DNA of 64,000 nucleotides from NCBI GenBank assembly GCA_963848635.1, contig CAWKEA010000005.1:175341-239340 (forward strand). Direction: 5' to 3'. The stretch's first letter is position 1; each line of letters opens with the position of its first letter. Origin of the DNA: an uncultured bacterium (GTDB lineage Bacteria; Patescibacteriota; Minisyncoccia; Phycocordibacterales; PALSA-1337). Under the pieces are notes generated by a model, which searched no databases, was not told where the DNA came from, and saw only the letters and a program-made list of their open reading frames with translations. Both the position numbers and the translations under genes were made by a program. Below are positions 39,508-47,482 of the stretch, in pieces.

Positions 39508-39780
39508 TTATGCTTGGACAATCTTTACCTTCAAGCCGAGGACTTTGCAGAATTTTTGCAGGGTGGCAAGGGTAGCGCTGATCTTGCCGGATTCAAAGCG
39601 AGCGATGGCTGATTGTCGCAAGCCCATCTTTTCCCCAAGCTGCTTTTGTGTGAGCTTGTTCCTGATGCGAGCGTCAACTATTGCTTCGTAAAGAACGAAC
39701 TCCGGCTCAAGATCCTCATATGCTTTGCGGCGCCCTGGATCCTTCATAGCTTCCTCTGTAAATTGTTTGAGAGTCTTCAT
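39508..39780 (-). CDS. XRE/HTH antitoxin-like protein
   Basis: LTQKQLGEKMGLRQSAIARFESG; directly downstream of RelE-like ORF. Confidence 0.88.
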   Translation of the reverse strand: MKTLKQFTEEAMKDPGRRKAYEDLEPEFVLYEAIVDARIRNKLTQKQLGEKMGLRQSAIARFESGKISATLATLQKFCKVLGLKVKIVQA

Positions 39781-39809
39781 AATACAGAAAGTATAACATA
39801 TCTGTTATA

Positions 39810-40205
39810 TCATGCAAGCTCGGCGATTTCCCTTTGTACATGTCTCGCATAGTTGATATCTTTACGAGGGATTTTCCAAGCTTTTTTGATAAATCCGTGG
39901 ATCAAATAGATTTTATCGTTCTTAAAGACATATAGGATCCTGATTTGTTTTCTTCCGTGAATCCTCAACTCAAATAAACCATCTCCAAGACACTTTGAAT
40001 CCGGCATAGCAAGTAGATGTCCTTTTTGTTCAAGTAAACCGAGCGACCTGCGAGTTCGTCCAAATGATTCATCGTCAAGACAATTCATAAAACTCTCTAG
40101 ATATATCATCGCAAGGAGATAATCGTTTGTAACAAAAGGAATCAAAGCGATCATGGCAACCACTGGTAGCGCTTCACCGATTATTTTAAGGATTTTCATC
40201 GTCAT
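39810..40205 (-). CDS. RelE/Gp49-like toxin with an apparently foreign hydrophobic N-terminus
   Basis: MPDSK.LGDGLFELRI....RILY...IYLIHGFIKK..KIP..DI. Confidence 0.75.
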   Translation of the reverse strand: MTMKILKIIGEALPVVAMIALIPFVTNDYLLAMIYLESFMNCLDDESFGRTRRSLGLLEQKGHLLAMPDSKCLGDGLFELRIHGRKQIRILYVFKNDKIYLIHGFIKKAWKIPRKDINYARHVQREIAELA

Positions 40206-40348
40206 TTTAAGTCTTTCACCATCTCCTCATAGCACCCTTTGCATAGATGCCATTTCCGCACCATACCATCCTTGTCAGGTGGCGACAGCAAAATGCCGCC
40301 AAAGTCGATTAATTCTTTCTTGCACCTGTCGCAGATTGGTTTGATCAT
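40202..40348 (-). CDS. 48-aa zinc-finger-like protein
   Basis: MIKPICDRCKKEL...HLCKGCY; ATGA overlaps at both ends. Confidence 0.7.
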   Translation of the reverse strand: MIKPICDRCKKELIDFGGILLSPPDKDGMVRKWHLCKGCYEEMVKDLK

Positions 40349-40605
40349 GAATGCAGGAAGACAACGATGGCGCCGAGAACCAAAATCGCGCCTTCGATCC
40401 TGCGAATCCAATATACCCTGTTCATCTTCGGATAGTTCTTTGGATAACCATAGCTCTCGTGCTTGTTAAAGATGAGGACAAGGCCTAGAACAAGGCCGAC
40501 GTAGACGAGCGCCATGAACCAATGGCCAAAAACCTGGCCGGTCACGATGACAGTGATCGACAGAGCGAGGAATGTGAGTTTGAGGATTATTTCGATTATT
40601 TTCAT
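40345..40605 (-). CDS. Small membrane protein
   Basis: 86 aa, three hydrophobic segments, tightly packed in operon. Confidence 0.65.
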   Translation of the reverse strand: MKIIEIILKLTFLALSITVIVTGQVFGHWFMALVYVGLVLGLVLIFNKHESYGYPKNYPKMNRVYWIRRIEGAILVLGAIVVFLHS

Positions 40606-40611
40606 GGTTGG

Positions 40612-41016
40612 CTAGGGTTGAGTATGAAATACAGATTGAACAAGTGTAAAAAGTGCTAATACAACAGGTACAACGAAAACAATTATTGAAATAATGAATG
40701 GAATAATATATGGTTTTGTTGAAAGGTCTTTTTTTCTTTTCCTAATACCAATAAATAACGCCGATGTTATTAAACAAGGAAAGGTTGCGATGGCCGCCAA
40801 AAGCGGCCCCACAAAGATAAAGAGTGCCCTTCCTACGGAATATCCAATCTTAGCTTCCACACTATTGTCACACAAGTTATAGAATTCACAAGTTGCTTTA
40901 TCATAAACAAGTGATAATAAAAATAACGCGAAAGCCACAACTATAATAAACATTATCCAGGTTATTATTATTGAAATGATATCGTCTCTCTTTAAAAAGT
41001 AAACAACTTTATTCAT
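40612..41016 (-). CDS. AT-rich membrane protein
   Basis: 134 aa, three hydrophobic segments. Confidence 0.65.
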   Translation of the reverse strand: MNKVVYFLKRDDIISIIITWIMFIIVVAFALFLLSLVYDKATCEFYNLCDNSVEAKIGYSVGRALFIFVGPLLAAIATFPCLITSALFIGIRKRKKDLSTKPYIIPFIISIIVFVVPVVLALFTLVQSVFHTQP

Positions 41017-41021
41017 ATTAT

Positions 41022-41900
41022 TTATTGATGTTCCCCCCTTACCCTCCCGCCAAGCGTCCGAATCTCACCAAGCGCGCGACGAGCCGTCTCGATCTCGGCT
41101 GGCGTCGTCGGCGGCTTGCCATGCCATTCGAACTGGCGCTCGAATTCGGGGATGCCCTTGGACGGGATGGTGTGGGCGATGATGATGGATGGCCGACCGG
41201 ACATGGCTTGCGCCTGGTTCCAGGCTTCATCGAGCGCGCGAAAATCGTGGCCGGAGACTTCTTGGACATGCCAGTTGAAGTTGACCCATTTTTCAGGCAA
41301 GGGCTCGAGCGGCATGACGTTCTCGGTGTAGCCGTCGATCTGGATGTTGTTGCGGTCGAGGATGACCGTCAGATTCTGCATCTTTTCGCGCCCCGCGAGG
41401 AGGATGGCTTCCCAGCTGTTCCCCTCGTCCAATTCGCCGTCCGACATGAGACAGACGATCCTGCGGCCCGAAGAGACGCCGCTGTCCATTCTGTCTGCGA
41501 TGGCCATACCGACCGCTTGGGACAAGCCGCAACCAAGGGGACCAGACGAAGTCTCGAGCATAGGCAAAAAATCGCGATGTGGATGGCCTTGCAGTCTTGA
41601 ACCTAATTTGCGCAAAGTCTTTAGTTCAGAAACGGGAAAATATCCCGAGTGCGCCATGGTCGCGTAGAGCACGGGACATATGTGTCCATTCGACAAAACC
41701 ACCATATCGCGATAGGCCCACGTCGGATTCTTTGGCTCATGCTTTAACGCGTGAAAATACAAATAGGTAAAGACGTCAGCCATATCGAGCGGTCCGGCAG
41801 TATGGCCGGATTTCGCCTCGATCAACATCTCGATGATCGAACGCCGAATGTCGAGCGCTTTTTTCTCGAGGAATTTTACTTTGTCGTCAGTGAGGGACAT
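41022..41900 (-). CDS. Transketolase N-terminal (TPP-binding) subunit
   Basis: SGH, LSNGH, LQGHP, GPLGCGLS, SDGELDEG..WEA, DRNNIQIDG, WHGK. Confidence 0.95.
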   Translation of the reverse strand: MSLTDDKVKFLEKKALDIRRSIIEMLIEAKSGHTAGPLDMADVFTYLYFHALKHEPKNPTWAYRDMVVLSNGHICPVLYATMAHSGYFPVSELKTLRKLGSRLQGHPHRDFLPMLETSSGPLGCGLSQAVGMAIADRMDSGVSSGRRIVCLMSDGELDEGNSWEAILLAGREKMQNLTVILDRNNIQIDGYTENVMPLEPLPEKWVNFNWHVQEVSGHDFRALDEAWNQAQAMSGRPSIIIAHTIPSKGIPEFERQFEWHGKPPTTPAEIETARRALGEIRTLGGRVRGEHQ

Positions 41901-41909
41901 GTAGGATTA

Positions 41910-42200
41910 TTATAGCACTTTTGCAGGCATCGTCATTTCGACTTGTTCGATTATAGACCCGCTCTTCATTCTGAATTTTTCGTCTTTAATTATTGTATCA
42001 GTCTCTTTAAAACCCAACTTTTTATAGAAATTAATGGCACGCTTGTTATATGTCGCAACTTGAACAATCACAGGTTTTAGAGGATCGAAATATTTTATTG
42101 CTTCATTCCATAACAAAGTACCAATTCCTTTTCTATAATAATTTGGAAGGATATAAATAGCTTGAAGTTGATTTTTATCTCCGTGCAAAACAATTCTACA
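41910..42200 (-). pseudogene. C-terminal fragment of a GNAT acetyltransferase
   Basis: LQAIYILPNYYRKGIGTLL...YNKRAINFYKKLGF; N-terminal half missing, joined to an unrelated ORF. Confidence 0.7.
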
Positions 42201-42388
42201 ACGGAACCAAGAGCGATGTTCCCCGCAGTCAATTCCTTTTCAAAGAAATCGTATATCTTTTCTTTTTCAAGCTCATACAAAGCCCTGTCGGAGTCGTGCA
42301 ATGCACGCAATCGCTTGATCATCTCCGGCACTTCAAAATACCAATGCGGCTCGCCGATCTTCTTTTTCCATTCATCTTGGTCAAACAT
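42201..42388 (-). pseudogene. N-terminal fragment of an unknown gene, joined out of frame to the GNAT remnant
   Basis: MFDQDEWKKKIGEPHWY...GNIALGS, then composition switches to AT-rich GNAT sequence. Confidence 0.5.
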
Positions 42389-42543
42389 GATTTTAAGGTG
42401 CCATCATCTCCTTAAATTTCTGCTGTCGTTCTTCTTTCGTCGTGAAAGAAAGTGCAAAATCCCAAATTGTTTCATATTCTTTGATTGCTATCGAAAAATC
42501 ATCTAGGTCAGAATCTGGCAAAAAATTTATTTCGAGCATGTTT

Positions 42544-43221
42544 TTATATATTCTTGAACCGTTCAATCGTCTCGACGACATTCTCGCTCTCGAATATTGC
42601 CGAACCGATAATGAGGCGGTCTGCGCCGGCGGCGCGCAAAAGCGGCGCTGTTTCGAGATTGACGCCGCCGTCGATCTGGATTTCAAGATCCGGATATTTT
42701 TCCTTCGCTTCTTTTATCTTTGCGATGACTTTTTCATCGAAAGACTGACCTTGGAAACCGACGTTATCTATGCCCATGAGTTGGATGTATTTTATAGTGC
42801 ATTCGCGTATCTTGTCTTTGTATCTTTCAAGAACGTCGATCGGCGTGTCGATGTTCAAAGCCAGCCCTATCTCTACTTTTCCTAATAGTTTTTCAATAGC
42901 GTCCGCTATATTTCCCTTGGCTTCAGTGTGAAGCACGATGCGAGAGGCTCCAGCAGCGACATATGTCAAGATGTCATCTTGACAGTTATTCACCATCAGA
43001 TCGAACTCGTATTCGATTTCTTCCCAATATGGCATGCCACGATCCTCATGCGCAATGGCTTCAAAATTCGCGTCGGGCTTTTTATACGGCCAGCTGGGTG
43101 ACGGCGTGAATTGCCCGTCGCAGATGTCGATTTGGACAAGAGGAACGAGGCCTTTGACTCGAGCGACGTGCTCCTCGAGGTCGGCAAAGTCTTTTGGAAG
43201 GATGGCGGGAATTATTTCCAT
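42544..43221 (-). CDS. rpe: Ribulose-phosphate 3-epimerase
   Basis: IIPAIL, QIDICDGQF, GFQGQSFD, QIDGGVN, IGSAIF. Confidence 0.93.
   Translation of the reverse strand: MEIIPAILPKDFADLEEHVARVKGLVPLVQIDICDGQFTPSPSWPYKKPDANFEAIAHEDRGMPYWEEIEYEFDLMVNNCQDDILTYVAAGASRIVLHTEAKGNIADAIEKLLGKVEIGLALNIDTPIDVLERYKDKIRECTIKYIQLMGIDNVGFQGQSFDEKVIAKIKEAKEKYPDLEIQIDGGVNLETAPLLRAAGADRLIIGSAIFESENVVETIERFKNI
42964..42984. repeat. REP-like palindrome in frame within rpe
   Basis: TGTCAAGATG-T-CATCTTGACA; encodes CQDDILT. Confidence 0.85.
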
Positions 43222-43225
43222 GTGA

Positions 43226-43468
43226 TCAGATAGTTTTCATATCAGGATAGAACTTGTCAAAACGACTTTCGAATCTATCCAAACGCCCACCAAACTGATC
43301 TAATCGATTATTGAATTGATCGAGCCTATTCTCTAGCTTGTCGACGCTCTTCTGGAGAAAACCGACTTTCTCATATAGCCGAATAATAGCTTCCTTTGTA
43401 TTTCCAAGCAACAACAAAGACACAAAGTTGCCGATTTTTTCTGCGATAGTGATTTTTTCAGTAAGCAT
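43226..43468 (-). CDS. Small coiled-coil protein
   Basis: Heptads VDKLENRLDQFNNRLDQFGGRLDRFESRFD. Confidence 0.55.
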   Translation of the reverse strand: MLTEKITIAEKIGNFVSLLLLGNTKEAIIRLYEKVGFLQKSVDKLENRLDQFNNRLDQFGGRLDRFESRFDKFYPDMKTI

Positions 43469-43540
43469 AATATTGAGTATGAGTTAGCTGCAAGTAAATT
43501 TTACAATTACAGGTAAAGGAAATCAATAGTAAACGGTATT

Positions 43541-44026
43541 TTATTCGATGCTATCGATCTCCTCTATTCGCCTTCGATGCCTTTCTTCGTTCGAAAACGG
43601 CGTCGAGAGCCATAGTTTGACCGCGGCTATCATCTCGTCCTTTGAAACAAAGCCCGCGCCGATGGAGAGGATATTCGCGTCGTTATGCTCGCGGGAGAGG
43701 CGGATGATATCACGAGAGACGACGTCAGAACCGCCATACCAGACAGCCGCACGAACGCCAGGAAGACGATTAGCCACCATCGCTTCGCCTTGGCCTGACA
43801 TGCCAAAAATGACGGCTTTTGTGTTTTCGGGATCTTCGACGACTTTCATGGCCGCCTTGACCATGAATTCCGGGTAATCGTCGTCCTTGACGAAGGAATA
43901 AGCGCCGACATCTACTACATCAAAGCCTTCCTCTTTTAAATATGAAAGAAGCTCATTTTTGCGCTCAAGGCCTGCGTGATCTGATGCGACGATTATTCTT
44001 AATTCCTTTTTTGGCTGTTTTTCCAT
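43541..44026 (-). CDS. rpiB: Ribose-5-phosphate isomerase B (RpiB/LacA/LacB family)
   Basis: ASDHAG, DDYP, SGQGEAMVAN, REHNDANILSIGA, RH.RRI. Confidence 0.93.
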   Translation of the reverse strand: MEKQPKKELRIIVASDHAGLERKNELLSYLKEEGFDVVDVGAYSFVKDDDYPEFMVKAAMKVVEDPENTKAVIFGMSGQGEAMVANRLPGVRAAVWYGGSDVVSRDIIRLSREHNDANILSIGAGFVSKDEMIAAVKLWLSTPFSNEERHRRRIEEIDSIE

Positions 44027-44035
44027 GGTTTTGTT

Positions 44036-44104
44036 TTTTATTCCGGCTAGCGAGGATCGGCGTGGACGAGTATTCTCGTACATGACGTCCGAGCGAAGAC
44101 GGAA
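44036..44104 (+). repeat. About 70-bp structured dispersed repeat, copy 1
   Basis: Nearly identical to reverse complement of 56318-56385. Confidence 0.85.
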
Positions 44105-44115
44105 GAAAGTAATCT

Positions 44116-44301
44116 TTATTGTTCGTTCATTATATCAAGCATATCCTCTAGTACGTCAATACGCCTTGATGCATGGTCGAGATCGCTCGATGTGGCATGT
44201 TCCCTGTCGAATTCGTCGAAGCGCTCGTCTATGCATTGTAGTCTATCATAAATGGCGCGGATATCGCGGATAATGAAATCGCTGTTTTGTTCTGTAGGCA
44301 T
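44116..44301 (-). CDS. Small acidic coiled-coil protein
   Basis: 61 aa, preceded by a variant of the 28-bp box and TATAAT. Confidence 0.55.
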   Translation of the reverse strand: MPTEQNSDFIIRDIRAIYDRLQCIDERFDEFDREHATSSDLDHASRRIDVLEDMLDIMNEQ

Positions 44302-44333
44302 GATGTTTTCTATAGCTAACTATTAATGCATAT

Positions 44334-44378
44334 ATTATAGAAAAACGGTTATTAAGAAAAGTTAAAATAAAAATAAAG
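44334..44378 (-). promoter_or_regulatory. Variant of conserved 28-bp box plus TATAAT
   Basis: Reverse strand CTTTATTTTTATTTTAACTTTTCTTAAT-N11-TATAAT. Confidence 0.6.
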
Positions 44379-44475
44379 ATTTCTTAATAATTCTATCGAC
44401 TCGTTTCTGTTGACAAGGTCGACCAGTTTGATATCATTATGACACGCTACAGTTATGTCCATCGAGATTCCCTCC

Positions 44476-44618
44476 CTAATCGGAGGGAATCGTTTTTATA
44501 GAGGATACCATAGACTCGACCTCTGTCTTTATTACTGAGAATTCCTCTTCATTCATCCTTGAAACAAAGCGCAGGAGACGCTTACTGCTTATCATTCTAA
44601 GTTGGAACAACAGTATCA
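44476..44618 (-). pseudogene. C-terminal remnant resembling a PemK/MazF toxin
   Basis: ILLFQLRMISSKRLLRFVSRMNEEEFSVIK resembles the Q-I/L-R-x-I-x-x-x-R-L motif. Confidence 0.5.
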
Positions 44619-44632
44619 TTTGCGGACGATCT

Positions 44633-44941
44633 TTATGGGTCGTTTTTAGTTCCATTTGTTTTGTTCTTAATCTTTCCATAAATCCAACCCAATATTGCAC
44701 CAATAATAAATGAAATGGTAATGATTATTAACCAAATTGAAGCAGTATTATGTGCAAATCCAGACAATGAATTGGCAATCAAAGCAACGGGTACCTGAAG
44801 AAATAGTCCAATCACAAGCAAGACAAAACCTAGAAAAGGAATATCTGCCAACCATTGAAGGCTGTGACCAGACATAAAAATCGTATCTATCACCGCAATA
44901 ATCACAACGATCATTCCGCCAATCAAGATATGCTTTTTCAT
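44633..44941 (-). CDS. AT-rich membrane protein
   Basis: 102 aa, hydrophobic, ends IGAILGWIYGKIK. Confidence 0.65.
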   Translation of the reverse strand: MKKHILIGGMIVVIIAVIDTIFMSGHSLQWLADIPFLGFVLLVIGLFLQVPVALIANSLSGFAHNTASIWLIIITISFIIGAILGWIYGKIKNKTNGTKNDP

Positions 44942-44950
44942 GTTAAATAA

Positions 44951-45001
44951 TTAAAGTTGTCCCCCTGCCTTTATCACATGCTGGACGAGCGCGTGGCTGT
45001 A
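44951..45001 (-). repeat. Duplicated 3' end of gap
   Basis: 44964-45001 matches 45189-45226 at 36/38; reads YSHALVQHVIKAGGQL*. Confidence 0.88.
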
Positions 45002-45175
45002 CCTTACTTCATTACCATACCAACTATCAGTAGTCCAAAAAAGATCACTAATACTAGAACCAAGAGAAATTTAAAAAATGGAGAAAGTTCTTTAAATTGC
45101 CTTGTCGTAGTTTTTGTAAACCACCAAGTTGGAAGAAGTTTTGTAAGATTGTTTTTAAGGCTCATGGATTTAATT

Positions 45176-46207
45176 TTAAACTAATCTACCTGCCTTTATC
45201 ACATGTTGAACGAGCGCGTGGCTGTAGCCGCCTTCGTTGTCGTACCAGGCGAGGACTTTGACGAGGTTGCCGTCGACGACGCGCGTCATGGAGAGCTCGG
45301 CGATGGACGGATTCGGATTGCCGACGATGTCAGACGAAACGAGCGGATCTTCGGTCACGGCGAATATGCCCTTCCAGCGCGGGTCGAGGGCGGCTTTGCG
45401 GAGGATGTCATTGACTTCTTCGGCTGTAGTATTTTTCTTTGAGATAAAGGTGACGTCAGCGATGGAACCGGCCGGAACGGGGACGCGGAGCGAGATGCCG
45501 TCGAATTTTCCGGCGAGCTTTGTGTACGCCTTGGTCACGGCGATGGCGGCGCCGGTCGAAGCAGGAACGATGTTGATGGCGGCGGCGCGACCTTCGCGGA
45601 TGTCCTTTCTGGCGGGCGCGTCAACGAGAGCCTGGCTCGCGGTGTATGCATGCGTCGTATTCAAAATGGCCTTTTCAATGCCGATGGCTTCGTCAAGAAT
45701 GACGATGACTGGCGACGCGCCGTTCGTCGTACATGACGCGTTCGAAGTGACTTTTGAGGTTGCAAACTGATCCTCATTGATGCCCATCAGAATCGTTGCG
45801 CTCTGCATGGCTGCGCCCGGCTCGTCTTTTGACGGAGCGGAGATGACGACGCGCTTTGCGCCGGCTTTGAGGTGGCCGGAAGCTTTGTCGGCGCTGATGA
45901 AGAGGCCGGTCGATTCGACGACGACGTCGACGTTCATTTTGCCCCACGGCAGATTGGCCGGATCCTTTTCGCTCACATAGGCGACTTCATTTTCGCCAAT
46001 TGTGAACGATGTGTCGCTCTTTTTTGCCACTGGAAATTTACTCCCTCCATAGACTGAATCGTATTTGAGGAGATAAATGGCGTTGTCGATCGATGCGATG
46101 TCGTTGACGGCCACTATCTGGAGGTCGTTCGGATATTCCTGGGCTATCTTGAAAAAGTTCCTGCCGATGCGGCCGAAGCCGTTGATTGCGACGCGTAATT
46201 TTGCCAT
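45176..46207 (-). CDS. gap: Glyceraldehyde-3-phosphate dehydrogenase
   Basis: INGFGRIGR, SNASCTTN, LRVPV, WYDNE. Confidence 0.97.
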   Translation of the reverse strand: MAKLRVAINGFGRIGRNFFKIAQEYPNDLQIVAVNDIASIDNAIYLLKYDSVYGGSKFPVAKKSDTSFTIGENEVAYVSEKDPANLPWGKMNVDVVVESTGLFISADKASGHLKAGAKRVVISAPSKDEPGAAMQSATILMGINEDQFATSKVTSNASCTTNGASPVIVILDEAIGIEKAILNTTHAYTASQALVDAPARKDIREGRAAAINIVPASTGAAIAVTKAYTKLAGKFDGISLRVPVPAGSIADVTFISKKNTTAEEVNDILRKAALDPRWKGIFAVTEDPLVSSDIVGNPNPSIAELSMTRVVDGNLVKVLAWYDNEGGYSHALVQHVIKAGRLV

Positions 46208-47482
46208 GTGTTTGAAAAGTTAAGTTAAAGACGGATAAAATGATTGCGGATAAATATTGAACCTATGCTGTATATACTATAGCACAGGCAAAAAAGTTCC
46301 TTAATGGTTATTTAATAGCTCAAGCAGCTTGGCTTTCGCCTCTGCTACCGTTGAAGGCATGTTTCCAGTTATTGTCATGCTCGTTTGATTGGCCGGCTAA
46401 ATATACTTTGATCTTTTTCATTACTTGCTATTATATCAAATCCAACCCTCTTAAATGTGCGACCATGAGTGTGGTGTATTCTTTTTTAAAATGACATTTT
46501 TTGTGTCGTATAACTGTACGATTTTTGACTATTTATAGCCATATAATCGCGATTACCTACCCTAAATCTTATGAATATACGACTTACCAGAAGCCTCTTT
46601 TAAAAAAGGAATGTCACCGCCCGGGTTCAAGGACATTCTAAAGGCTACAGACAAACTAACTTTTCGGACAAGCAAAGTAAAAAGCATGCGGACTGGGGGC
46701 TAATGTCATTCTTTAAAACTTGAGGTCGTAAATTGCGATATCAAGTTTGGCACGAAGGATTGACGACTGAAGGACGCATATTTATTGGTCATTTTAAAAG
46801 TCGGCAAGAATATTGTCAACTTTTGTGACCAGCAAAAAAGACCTTCATGCCCGCGATCTTGATCTGCTATTCTTTAATGAAAAAACTGCTTCAGAACTTT
46901 CGTAATGAAGCGGCTGGAAGCGCGGTGCACGAAAGGCGCTTACGCTTGCCCAAGGATCTCCTTTTTGCCTGCCTTGGTCAGCCGGAATGTCGAAACTTGG
47001 CATTGTTCATCATCTTGAGTTCTCTCGCAATAAAGCAACCCCTGGTCTATCGCCCAAGCAGCGCCTGCAGCCAAGAATTGCTGACCCCTCATGTTGCTGT
47101 CCAAAACAACTTTAACTTGAATAATCCTCGGATATATCAATCATGGTATAATGTTCCGAATGGAAAGAACCGACGCCGAAATCATCAAGGCAACGATCGA
47201 CGGCGACACATCGGCGACGCATTGATACTGCTCTATGAGGCAAGATATGGGCCTAGATATTGCCAAAAATACGATTTTAGCATATAGTGCTCATGTAAAA
47301 GACAGACCGCACAGAGCGATCTGGTCGTCAGTTTTACAAAAAATAGCGCGATAAAACCGCAATTGATGTCCCGAGCGCCGTTCATAACCCTGTCAGACAC
47401 GCATATCTTGCGTCTCTCTGGGCTCGGAACTGGATACTCGGCACTTTATTATTAGTTTAAAAAGCGGAGCGCGCCGAATCAA

